NCBI GenBank assembly: GCA_020854105.1
Contig: JADZGB010000003.1
Coordinates: 60,573 to 124,572 of the forward strand
Length of the DNA stretch: 64,000 nt
Source of the DNA: Burkholderiales bacterium
GTDB taxonomy: Bacteria > Pseudomonadota > Gammaproteobacteria > Burkholderiales > SHXO01
Reading direction: 5' to 3'
Below are positions 9,231 to 17,934 of this stretch, piece by piece. Position numbers and translations under genes: made by a program. Position 1 is the first letter of the stretch. Each line of letters begins with the position of its first letter. Under the pieces are notes generated by a model. The model was not told the origin of the DNA, did not search any database, and worked only from the letters and a program-made list of their open reading frames with translations.

Positions 9231-10259
9231 GTGTCCGTATCGGCCGTCGCGCTCTACTTCGTCGCTTCTCCGCTGCAGTACCTGGCTGCACGCCGCATTG
9301 CGCAGGGCTTCGAGGCGGGCGCGCGTCAGGTGCTGGTCTGGTACAAGCCGGGCGTGGCCCCAGTGGTGCGGGCGGACGAGTGGGATGCCGCATGCTACAT
9401 GCCGTGGCCGCGTTTCCACCCGCTGCCAGGTCCTTTCGGACGACACCGGCGGCTGCGGCAGAACCTGCACATGGTGGCCGATCTGGCCGGGAAGTGCGAG
9501 CGGCTGCACATCCACAGCGCGGTGTTCGACACCGAGGCGATCAACTACTTCCTGCACGGGCTGCCGCCACTTTGCGGAGATCCGGCCATGCGCGCCCGCA
9601 TCCTGCCCGATGGCCTGATCAGCGTGCGCAGGTACCCCCTCAGCCTGGTGAAGCGCGCCCTGCAGCAGCTGCGGCGCCTGCGCGGCCTGTTCGCGCCGGA
9701 ACTGCGCTACTGGCCCTTCGCGGGGGATCGCATCGGCTCGGACGCGCCGTTCTGCGACCGGATCTACGTTCTCCCCGGCCTGCCGCACGAGTACGATCCG
9801 GCCCGCACGGTGGTGCTGCCGCCGCTGACCGAGCGCGCGCACGCGGCAGGCGCCAGCGGCCCGCTGCGCGCGCTGGTGATCGGTCAGCCTCTGGCGGGTG
9901 CAGGGCTGATGGCGGCGGGCGACCGTGACCGTGTGGCCGAGCGCATCGCGCAATGGCTGGCCCAGCAAGGCGTGCGGGAGATCGACTACAAGGCCCATCC
10001 GAAGGATCCCAACCGGGAGCTGAACCGGCCGGCCTATCGCGTCGTGGAACCCGCCGAGGCGCTCGAAGCCTACATGAGCCGCCACTTCTACCACTTCGTG
10101 GTCGGCGTGCGTTCCTCGGCACTGCTGCTCGCGCGCCAGATCTGCGGCGAGGAGACACGCGTGGTCGCCTTTGGCTGGGATCGCGTGAAGTTCAAGTCGG
10201 CGCAGGAGGAAGCGGCCATGCGCTCGACATTCTCGGCCTGCCGCGTGGAGATGCTGTGA
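9231..10259 (+). CDS. putative GT52-like (bacterial sialyltransferase-motif) glycosyltransferase
   Basis: Only the C-terminal 342 codons of the 734-aa ORF look coding. Recognised motifs: 'LYFVASPLQYLAARRI', 'ILPDGLISV', 'YKAHPKDP' (HP motif) and 'GVRSSALLLA'. The GTG start at 9231 is inferred. Confidence 0.5.
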   Translation: MSVSAVALYFVASPLQYLAARRIAQGFEAGARQVLVWYKPGVAPVVRADEWDAACYMPWPRFHPLPGPFGRHRRLRQNLHMVADLAGKCERLHIHSAVFDTEAINYFLHGLPPLCGDPAMRARILPDGLISVRRYPLSLVKRALQQLRRLRGLFAPELRYWPFAGDRIGSDAPFCDRIYVLPGLPHEYDPARTVVLPPLTERAHAAGASGPLRALVIGQPLAGAGLMAAGDRDRVAERIAQWLAQQGVREIDYKAHPKDPNRELNRPAYRVVEPAEALEAYMSRHFYHFVVGVRSSALLLARQICGEETRVVAFGWDRVKFKSAQEEAAMRSTFSACRVEML

Positions 10260-10308
10260 ATCTCTTCTCCTTGCGAGCCACGATTCCCGGCATGGCAGGA
10301 ATCAAGGG

Positions 10309-11370
10309 ATGAGCATGCGCAGGCCGCTGCCTCCGGCACCGCGCATCCTGGTCGTGCGTACCTCGGCCATCGGCGACATCGTGTTCTCCTCGCCACTGGC
10401 GGCTGCACTGCGCCGATCCTATCCGCGCGCGCACCTGTGCTGGCTGGTGGAGGAGGGTCTGCAGGAGCTGATTGCCGCCGACCCGGCCATCGACGAGGTG
10501 CTGACCTGGCAGCGCCGGCAATGGCGCGAGCTCTGGCGCGCGCGCCGCTACGGCAGTCTGCTGACCGCGATCGGGGCGCTGCGCACGCGGTTGCACGCGC
10601 ACCGCTTCGATGTCGCGCTCGATCTGCAGGGTCTGCTCAAGAGCGGGGTGCTGACCCGCCTGTCCAGCGCACCGGTGCGCATAGGACTGAATTCGCGCGA
10701 GGGCAGCCGCCTGCTGATGACCGAAGTCGTGTCCGGCCATGGGCACATCGAGCGCATCGGCTCGGAGTACCAGCATCTGGCCCGTGCACTCGGGCTGCAG
10801 CACGAACAGTTCGTCCCCGCACTGCACGCACCCGCGCAGGCGCAGGCCGCACTGCCCTCGCTGATGGCGGCGCACGAGCTGGCGCCGGATGCATATGCAG
10901 TCATCGCGCCGTTCACCACGCGGCCGCAGAAGCACTGGTTCGACGACGCGTGGCGCGACCTGGCGCAATCCGTGCGGGCCCGCCTCGGATTGCCGGTCGT
11001 CATGCTGGGCGGGCCGGCGGAACGCGCGCGCGCCGAGGCGCTGCACGGACACCGGCCCGACATCATCGACCTGGTCGGCGCCACCGGCCTGGGGGAGGCG
11101 ATGGCGCTGATTAGCCGCGCGCGCGTGGTGATCGGCGTGGACACCGGGCTCACGCACATGGGCATCGGATTCGGCCGGCCCACGGTGGCGCTGTTCGGCT
11201 CCACCCGCCCCTATCTCGACACCGGGCGCGAGAACGCGCGCGTGATCTGGCTCGGCCTGGCCTGCTCGCCTTGCCGCCGGCATCCGACCTGCGCGGGCGC
11301 CTTCACCTGCCTGCGCGGAATCACACCGCAGATGGTGCTCGAGGAAATGCTGCAGGTGCTGGAGCGCTGA
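10309..11370 (+). CDS. family 9 glycosyltransferase (ADP-heptose:LPS heptosyltransferase)
   Basis: 'RILVVRTSAIGDIVFSSPLAAALRRSYP...' and 'GVDTGLTHMG' are typical of the WaaC/WaaF family. Confidence 0.85.
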   Translation: MSMRRPLPPAPRILVVRTSAIGDIVFSSPLAAALRRSYPRAHLCWLVEEGLQELIAADPAIDEVLTWQRRQWRELWRARRYGSLLTAIGALRTRLHAHRFDVALDLQGLLKSGVLTRLSSAPVRIGLNSREGSRLLMTEVVSGHGHIERIGSEYQHLARALGLQHEQFVPALHAPAQAQAALPSLMAAHELAPDAYAVIAPFTTRPQKHWFDDAWRDLAQSVRARLGLPVVMLGGPAERARAEALHGHRPDIIDLVGATGLGEAMALISRARVVIGVDTGLTHMGIGFGRPTVALFGSTRPYLDTGRENARVIWLGLACSPCRRHPTCAGAFTCLRGITPQMVLEEMLQVLER

Positions 11371-11447
11371 GGGCCGGGCGGCCAGCACCATCGTTCTCGG
11401 CTACCATTGGGCATCGTGTTCATTTCGTTTGCGCACGCGCGCACCTG

Positions 11448-12518
11448 GTGATTCCCTCTCTTCACATCGTCGGCACCCGCGAGATGGGCGGCGCGGAGCG
11501 CTGGTTCGTCCGTTTCCTGCGTGCGATGCAGCGCGTCGGCGAACCCGTCGAGGCGCTGGTGCGCAGCGGCAGCGACCTCGCTCGCCACCATCTGGACGGC
11601 ATACCCTTGGCCCAGCTGCCGATGCGCACGGTGTGGGATCCCCTGTCCCGCTGGCAGGTCAGCCGTTACGCTCGGCGCAGTGCCGCGCCGATCGTTCAGA
11701 CGTACATGGGGCGCGCCACCCGCCTGACCCGCATTCCGCGCAATTCGGGCAAGGTACATGTCGCACGCCTCGGCGGCTACTACAGGATTCCCCAGTATCG
11801 TCATGCGCATGCCTGGATCGGCAATACGCGCGCGTTGTGCGACTGGATGATGCAGCAGGGTCTGCCAGTCCAGCGCGTCTTCCACATCGACAACTTCGCG
11901 GACGAGGCGCTTCCGCGCGATGAAGCCCGGATCGAGGCGCTGCGCACGCGCATCGGTGCACAGGCGTCGGACTGGCTCATGCTGCATCCGGCTCGCTTCG
12001 TCTGGTTCAAGGGTCACGCCAATCTGTTGGCCGCGTTCGCCCGCTTGCCCAGTGAGATCGACGGCCGGCGTCCACGGCTGATCCTGCTGGGCGATGGTGG
12101 GCTGCGCCAGCAACTGGAAACGCAGGCCGCGCGACTGGGCATCGCCGAGCGCATCGTATGGGCAGGCTGGCAGCAGGAACCGGCGCAGTGGTTCCATCTC
12201 GCCGACATGGTGGTATTCCCGTCGCTCGATGCCGAACCGATGGGCAACGTCATCCTGGAAGCGTGGAGCTATCGCCGGCCGCTACTGACCACCGCCTTCC
12301 GCGGGGCGCGTGAGATTGCCCTGCACGGGAACGACACGTGGATGGTTCCCTGCGAAGACCCCGATGCCCTCGCTCGGGGCATGGAGCGAATGATGCGCGA
12401 TGCCTCCCTGCGTACGCATCTGATCGAGGGCGGGGCGCGGCGTGCAGCGCTGGATTTCGCCGAAGCGACCATCGTGGATCGTTACCGGTGCGTGTATCGC
12501 GATTTGCTGGGCGCATGA
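11448..12518 (+). CDS. family 4 (GT-B, group 1) glycosyltransferase
   Basis: 'GGAERW' N-terminal motif and the C-terminal 'FPSLDAEPMGNVILEAWSYRRPLL' EX7E-type region. The GTG start at 11448 lies after the upstream stop. Confidence 0.75.
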   Translation: MIPSLHIVGTREMGGAERWFVRFLRAMQRVGEPVEALVRSGSDLARHHLDGIPLAQLPMRTVWDPLSRWQVSRYARRSAAPIVQTYMGRATRLTRIPRNSGKVHVARLGGYYRIPQYRHAHAWIGNTRALCDWMMQQGLPVQRVFHIDNFADEALPRDEARIEALRTRIGAQASDWLMLHPARFVWFKGHANLLAAFARLPSEIDGRRPRLILLGDGGLRQQLETQAARLGIAERIVWAGWQQEPAQWFHLADMVVFPSLDAEPMGNVILEAWSYRRPLLTTAFRGAREIALHGNDTWMVPCEDPDALARGMERMMRDASLRTHLIEGGARRAALDFAEATIVDRYRCVYRDLLGA

Positions 12519-12546
12519 TGCGCGTGCCCGAATCTGGAAACGGAGA

Positions 12547-13200
12547 ATGACTGCTCTCGATCGCCGTCTGCTTGGGCTGGTCGCCGCGTACGCCCTGGCA
12601 CTCGCGCTCCTTCCATTTCTGCTGTCGCCGCAGACTTTCGACGCCGCGTTCTCCGAGACCGGTCCGTTCGAGCGACTGTCCCTGCTCGCCTGGATCGGCG
12701 CTGCCGTCGTCATCATCGTGCGCATCCGCCCGTTCGGTGCGCCGGCGGCAGCCTTCACCGCGCTCTACCTGCTGTTCGCCGCGCGCGAAGCCGATCTGCA
12801 CAAGGCCTTCACCACGCGCAGCATCTCCAAGCTCAACTACTATCGCGATGCATCGATCCCGTTGACGGAGCGCATCGTGGCCGGCCTGATCGCGCTTGCG
12901 ATCCTTTGCCTGATCGCGTATGCCGCGTTCGTGGTGGTGCGCTTTCTCGTCGCGCGCAGGGGTTTGCGCACGCGGGCGGGGATGTGGCTGGCGCTGGGCG
13001 CGGGACTGCTCGTGTTGGGCAAGGCACTCGACCGCTCGGCCGCGGTGCTCAGCGAGGTTTTTGACGTGGTCCGCCCGCAGTGGATGATCGGATTGACCGA
13101 CGCCTTCGAGGAAGGACTGGAGCTCGCGACACCGTTGCTGCTTGCGCTGTCGGCCTGGATCAGCCAGAAACACGGGCCGTATCTGCGGGCTGCGAGGTGA
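12547..13200 (+). CDS. hypothetical polytopic membrane protein
   Basis: ATG 12547 follows GGAAACGGAGA. About 5 hydrophobic helices. Last gene of the glycosyltransferase operon. No family recognised. Confidence 0.55.
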   Translation: MTALDRRLLGLVAAYALALALLPFLLSPQTFDAAFSETGPFERLSLLAWIGAAVVIIVRIRPFGAPAAAFTALYLLFAAREADLHKAFTTRSISKLNYYRDASIPLTERIVAGLIALAILCLIAYAAFVVVRFLVARRGLRTRAGMWLALGAGLLVLGKALDRSAAVLSEVFDVVRPQWMIGLTDAFEEGLELATPLLLALSAWISQKHGPYLRAAR

Positions 13201-13223
13201 CGCCTGACGGACGAGGGAGATTT

Positions 13224-13299
13224 TGGTAGGCCGTGTAGGATTCGAACCTACGACCAATGGATTAAGAGTCCACTGCTCTACCAGCTGAGCTAACGACCC
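13224..13299 (-). tRNA. tRNA-Lys (anticodon CUU)
   Basis: Reverse complement GGGTCGTTAGCTCAGCTGGTAGAGCAGTGGACTCTTAATCCATTGGTCGTAGGTTCGAATCCTACACGGCCTACCA folds as a cloverleaf. Anticodon loop is CUCUUAA and CCA is encoded. Confidence 0.9.
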
Positions 13300-13339
13300 A
13301 CTCGACCTGCGACGTTACCACACTGCCGACGGTCAGCGA

Positions 13340-13415
13340 TGGTAGGCGGTGCGAGATTCGAACTCGCGACCAACGGATTAAAAGTCCGCTGCTCTACCGG
13401 CTGAGCTAACCGCCC
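13340..13415 (-). tRNA. tRNA-Lys (anticodon UUU)
   Basis: Reverse complement GGGCGGTTAGCTCAGCCGGTAGAGCAGCGGACTTTTAATCCGTTGGTCGCGAGTTCGAATCTCGCACCGCCTACCA. Anticodon loop is CUUUUAA and CCA is encoded. Confidence 0.9.
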
Positions 13416-13473
13416 GCAAGAAGAAAGGACGGCATTTTAAGGATGGGGGCGAGGGGTGTCAAACCACGCGGGC

Positions 13474-14331
13474 TCAGTTCAGCCTGCCCAGGCGCTGGCG
13501 GGCCTTTTCCGCTGCATCGCTCTGCGGATACTTGGCGATGACGTCCTCCAGCGTCTTCCTGGCCGCGGCGCCTTCGCCGAGTGCCGATTGTGCGCTGGAC
13601 AGATTGAGCATCGCGTCCGGCACCTTCGTGCTGTCCGGATATCCGCTGATCAGGGCTTGCTGCGCATTGGCCGCCGCGCGGAAGTCGCGCAGGTTGAACC
13701 ACGAATCTCCGATCCAGTACTGGGCGTTGGGCGCCAGGGCATCGCGCGGAAAGCGCTTGACGAAGGCATCGAAGGCGGCGATGGCACCCTGGTAGTCTCC
13801 GCCGCGGTAGGCGGCGAGTGCGGCGTCGTAGACACGACGCGGGGAGTTCGCATCGGCCGTGGCCGCCGCGCTGGCCGGGCTCTGGACCGAAGGCGGCGTC
13901 GGCGCGACCGGCGGCGTCGGTGCGGCAACGGCACCGACCGAAGGTGCGGCTGGTGCCGCGGGCACGGCGGCCGCCGTGCCGGGGCTCTCCCGGGCGGCCA
14001 GCGCCGCCTCGAGACGCCTCACCCGCGCCTCGAGCTCCGCGTGGGCTTTGTCCTGCAGTTGAGCGCCTTCGCCACCGCTTCCTTCGAGGCGCCGCAGGCG
14101 CGTGTCGAGATCGAGGTACATGTCCCTCTGGCGGCGCTGCGCGTTGTCGAGCGCATTGGTCAGCACTTCCAGTTCGCCGCGCAGCCGCTTGAGCTCGACA
14201 TTGACGGCCTCGACCTGGTTCATCAGTTCGATGACGCCACGGTTCTGTCCGGCAGCAGGCTGCTGCGCTGCGGCCTGCATGCACACCAACAGCGCGCCGC
14301 CGAGCAGCGCCGGATTCAGGATCGAGCGCAT
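13474..14331 (-). CDS. cpoB: Tol-Pal system protein CpoB/YbgF
   Basis: Signal peptide MRSILNPALLGGALLVCMQAAA, coiled-coil region, and C-terminal TPR ('YDAALAAYRGGDYQGAIAAF...AQYWIGDSWF'). Located downstream of pal. Confidence 0.85.
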   Translation of the reverse strand: MRSILNPALLGGALLVCMQAAAQQPAAGQNRGVIELMNQVEAVNVELKRLRGELEVLTNALDNAQRRQRDMYLDLDTRLRRLEGSGGEGAQLQDKAHAELEARVRRLEAALAARESPGTAAAVPAAPAAPSVGAVAAPTPPVAPTPPSVQSPASAAATADANSPRRVYDAALAAYRGGDYQGAIAAFDAFVKRFPRDALAPNAQYWIGDSWFNLRDFRAAANAQQALISGYPDSTKVPDAMLNLSSAQSALGEGAAARKTLEDVIAKYPQSDAAEKARQRLGRLN

Positions 14332-14371
14332 CTGACGCCTGCCGTACCGTGAGCGTGCGTCACGCTGCCGT

Positions 14372-15007
14372 TCAGCCGTCGATGCCCACGTACACGAGGT
14401 CGCTGCGGCGGTTCTCCGCCCAGGCTTCCTCGTTGCTGCCCTGCATCTTGGGCTTCTCCGCGCCGAAGCTGACGGACTCGATCTGCCGCTCGGCCACGCC
14501 GAGCAGCGTGAGCGCACGCCTGACCGCATCCGCTCGGCGCTGGCCGAGCGCCAGGTTGTATTCGCGGCTGCCGCGGTCGTCGCAATTGCCCTCCACGCGC
14601 ACGCGCAGGTTCTTGTTCTCCCGCAGCAGCCTGGCATGCGCCTCGATCATCGACTGATACTCGTCGGCCACGTTGTACATGTCGAAACCGTAGTAGACGC
14701 TGCGTTTGGACAGCGGGCTGTTCGGATCCTTCAGCTGGGAGGCGGGATCGCCGAGTTCGCCCTGCGAGACGCTGCTGCCCGGCAGAGGCTGGACAACCGG
14801 CTGTTCGGCGGCTTCACGCGCGCGCCGCTCGGCCTCGGCGCGCTTACGCGCCTCCTCTTCTGCCGCCCGCTGCCTGGCGGCCTCGTCCTGCGCCGACTGC
14901 TGCTGGGCGAAGACGTCCTTCTGCTCCACCGCTGCCGGCTTCTTGCCGCCGGTGCCGCAGCCGGCCAGGATCACGGCCAAACCGATGCCGATAAGTAGTC
15001 TCTTCAT
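14372..15007 (-). CDS. pal: peptidoglycan-associated lipoprotein Pal
   Basis: Lipobox MKRLLIGIGLAVILAGC after GGAG. C-terminal OmpA-like domain ('VEGNCDDRGSREYNLALGQRRA'). Confidence 0.9.
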   Translation of the reverse strand: MKRLLIGIGLAVILAGCGTGGKKPAAVEQKDVFAQQQSAQDEAARQRAAEEEARKRAEAERRAREAAEQPVVQPLPGSSVSQGELGDPASQLKDPNSPLSKRSVYYGFDMYNVADEYQSMIEAHARLLRENKNLRVRVEGNCDDRGSREYNLALGQRRADAVRRALTLLGVAERQIESVSFGAEKPKMQGSNEEAWAENRRSDLVYVGIDG

Positions 15008-15077
15008 GCTCGCTCCGTTTCCTTCTGCTTGTTTCATCGCTTGACGGAAGCCCCCCTTCAACGCGCCGACCCGGCGC

Positions 15078-16442
15078 TCAGTGGCCCGCTCCGAGCGGGC
15101 CCCATGCCGGTTCCCGTACGTCCTGCGCCGAGGCCGTGATCTTCTGCCGGATGCGGCCGTCGCTCGACACCGCGGCCAGGACGCCGCGTCCACGCACGAT
15201 GGAGGCGTACAGCAGCATTCGGCCGTTGGGAGCGAATGTCGGCGATCCGTCGAGCTGGCCGTCGGTCAGGATCTGGGTCTGGCGCGAGGAAAAATCCATT
15301 GTCGCGAGGCTATATCGGCCCTGGGCGCGCTGAATGAAGGCGAAAGCTCTGCCGTCGGGCGCATAGCGGGGCGTCACGTTGTAGCTTCCCTCGAACGTGA
15401 TGCGCTCGACCCCGCTGCCGTTGGTGCGCATGCGGTAGATCTGCGGGCTGCCGCCCCGGTCCGAGGTAAACAGGACGTGTTTGCCATCGGGCGAGAAGCT
15501 GGGCTCGGTGTCGATCGAGTCGCTGTTGGTGATGCGCGCGAGGTTGCTGCCGTCCGCCCGCAGCGTGTAGATCTGCGAGATGCCATCCTTGGACAGCACC
15601 ACTCCCAGCGTCTGTCCGTCCGGCGACCAGGCGGGCGCGCTGTTGCTGCCGTCGTAGTTCGCCACGATCCGCCGCTGGCCGGCGACGAGGTCGTGTACGA
15701 AGATGATCGCCTTGCGCTGCTCGAACGAGACATAGGCGATGCGACTGCCGTCCGGCGACCAGGCAGGCGAGATGATGGGCTCGCGGTGTGCCAGGATGAA
15801 CTGCGAATTGAATCCGTCGGCGTCGGCGACGTGCAGTTCGAAGCGGTTGGGATTGCGCGCGACATAGGCGATGCGCGTGCTGAACACGCCCGGCTCGCCC
15901 GTCAGCTTCTCGTAGATCAGATCGGCGATCTTGTGCGCGATCGCCCGTGTCTGGTTCTTCGCCACCGTGTAGGAGAAGCCGAGCAGCTGGGATGCCTTCG
16001 CGGTATCCAGCAGCCGGAAGCGCACCTCCACCTTGCCGTCGTTGCGCTCGATCGTCCGCCCGATCACCATCGTCTGCGCGCCCTGTGCGCTCCAGGCCTT
16101 GTAGTCGACCTCGGCCGGCTCGGTGGGCAGCGGACGCAGCGAGCCTGGCGGCTGCAGTCGGAAGCGGCCGCTGCGCGCGAGATCGGCCGAGATGACCGCG
16201 GTCAGCGGCTGCGGCAGGTGCTCCTCCGCACCGAAGGGCACGATGGTGATGGGAATCTGGTCGGCGCCGCCGCCGATGATCTCGATGGTCAGCTGTGCGG
16301 CCGCCCAGTTGGGAAGCGCCAGCGCCGCCATTCCGATGGGATACGAGGCGGCAAGCGAGCCGAGCAGACGGCGGCGGGACCGGGACGGCTCGTCCGGGAA
16401 GTCGAGCGATGGTTCGGAGGGTAGCCTGCGAGCGTTAGTCAT
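15078..16442 (-). CDS. tolB: Tol-Pal system beta-propeller protein TolB
   Basis: 'IEIIGGGADQIPITIVPF' N-domain and repeated 'PAWSPDG' propeller blades. Confidence 0.9.
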   Translation of the reverse strand: MTNARRLPSEPSLDFPDEPSRSRRRLLGSLAASYPIGMAALALPNWAAAQLTIEIIGGGADQIPITIVPFGAEEHLPQPLTAVISADLARSGRFRLQPPGSLRPLPTEPAEVDYKAWSAQGAQTMVIGRTIERNDGKVEVRFRLLDTAKASQLLGFSYTVAKNQTRAIAHKIADLIYEKLTGEPGVFSTRIAYVARNPNRFELHVADADGFNSQFILAHREPIISPAWSPDGSRIAYVSFEQRKAIIFVHDLVAGQRRIVANYDGSNSAPAWSPDGQTLGVVLSKDGISQIYTLRADGSNLARITNSDSIDTEPSFSPDGKHVLFTSDRGGSPQIYRMRTNGSGVERITFEGSYNVTPRYAPDGRAFAFIQRAQGRYSLATMDFSSRQTQILTDGQLDGSPTFAPNGRMLLYASIVRGRGVLAAVSSDGRIRQKITASAQDVREPAWGPLGAGH

Positions 16443-16525
16443 CGGCGCGAAATTATAACATTCGATTGCACTTGGTCGATTGCGCCTGGTCGATTACCCG
16501 GGCCCGATCCGGCATCGCGTGCCGC

Positions 16526-17485
16526 TCAGCCCGGACGGAACACGAGATTGAGTTCGCGCAACCGCTGGAACAGCTGCGGGTCGCTGGGCACGGGCAGCGG
16601 CGAGGCGGCGAGCACGGCGCGTTCGACCGCTTCGTCATAGGCGGGAAACCCGCTGCTGCGCCTGAGTTTAACCGACAGGACGTCGCCTCCGGGGATGATG
16701 GTGATCACGTATTCGGCCTGCGCCGTGTCCGGAGTGCCGGCGGGCACCACCACCTTGCTGCGGATGCGCTGCTGGATACGCTGCTGCCAGGACGCGAGTT
16801 CCTTGGCCAGCGCGGAAACACGGTCGGCCTCGGCCTTGCGCGCGGCCTCCTGGCGGTGGCGCTCCTCCAGGATGGCGTTGCGACGCTTCTCGGCTTCGGC
16901 CTCCAGCGTCGCCTCCTGCTGGCGACGCTCCTCGTCCTGCCTGCGCTCCTCTTCCAGGCGTTTGGCTTCGTCCTGCCTGCGCAGTTCCTCCTGGCGCGCC
17001 TGCTCCTCGCGCTTGCGCCGATCCTCCTCGCGCCTCGCTTCCTCCTTCTGCTTCTTCTCCTCTTCCAGGCGCTTGCGCTCGGCGTCCTTGCGGATCTTCT
17101 GTTCATTCTCGCGCCGTTTCGCGTCCTCGGCCTCCTTGCGCTTCTTCTCCTCGAGCTTGCGTTTCTTCTCCTCGAGCTGGATGTCCGCCCTGCTCGGCTT
17201 CGGCTCCGCCTTGGGCAGCTCCTTCGGAGGCGGCTTGGGTCCGGGGTCCGCCTTGGGCTCGGGTCTGGGCTGCGGCTTGGGCGCCGGACGCGGCGGCGGC
17301 GGCTCCTGACGGGCCGAGACCGGCTTGCGAGGCGGCAGTTCGCTCCACAGTTCGGCCATCAGCGGCTCGCGCTCCTTGGGCTGCCAGTTGATTCCGAAAT
17401 AGAGGAAAGCGAAGAACGCCGCGTGCACGGCAATCGCCAGCGCAGCGGATGCCATCCGACCCGTTTCACCCGCGCGTCTCAGCAT
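16526..17485 (-). CDS. tolA: cell envelope integrity protein TolA
   Basis: N-terminal TM, a long K/E/R/A-rich helical domain and a C-terminal TolA-III-like domain. Located between tolR and tolB. Confidence 0.8.
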   Translation of the reverse strand: MLRRAGETGRMASAALAIAVHAAFFAFLYFGINWQPKEREPLMAELWSELPPRKPVSARQEPPPPRPAPKPQPRPEPKADPGPKPPPKELPKAEPKPSRADIQLEEKKRKLEEKKRKEAEDAKRRENEQKIRKDAERKRLEEEKKQKEEARREEDRRKREEQARQEELRRQDEAKRLEEERRQDEERRQQEATLEAEAEKRRNAILEERHRQEAARKAEADRVSALAKELASWQQRIQQRIRSKVVVPAGTPDTAQAEYVITIIPGGDVLSVKLRRSSGFPAYDEAVERAVLAASPLPVPSDPQLFQRLRELNLVFRPG

Positions 17486-17507
17486 TCGCTGCGGCTCGCG
17501 TCCCGGG

Positions 17508-17924
17508 TCATTTTCCTGCGGGCCGCGTGAGCAGACCCACGCGCGGGATGCCGTTACTCTGCAGGAGGTCCATCACCTCCACCACGTGCCTGTACACCAC
17601 GTCCCGGTCGGCGGCGATCACCACCGCCTGCTCGCGCTTGATGTCGAGACGCTGCTTGACCTCGTACACCAGCGTGTCGCGGTCTACCGGACGTTCCTTG
17701 CCGGCGGTATCGCGCAGCGATATGCGTCCGTCCTTGCGCACCAGCAGTTCCAGCGGCACCACCGGCGGCGCGCTGGTACGGCTCACCGACGGCAGCTCGA
17801 CGACGCTGGTGTTGATCAGCGGCGCCGTCACCATGAAGATGACCAACAGCACTAGCATGACGTCGATGTAGGGCACGACGTTGATCTGGTTCATGAGCCG
17901 TGTCTTGCGGCGTCGCTCGCTCAT
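17508..17924 (-). CDS. tolR: protein TolR (ExbD/TolR family)
   Basis: 'INVVPYIDVMLVLLVIFMVTAP' signature. Confidence 0.9.
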   Translation of the reverse strand: MSERRRKTRLMNQINVVPYIDVMLVLLVIFMVTAPLINTSVVELPSVSRTSAPPVVPLELLVRKDGRISLRDTAGKERPVDRDTLVYEVKQRLDIKREQAVVIAADRDVVYRHVVEVMDLLQSNGIPRVGLLTRPAGK

Positions 17925-17934
17925 CGTCCGCTCC

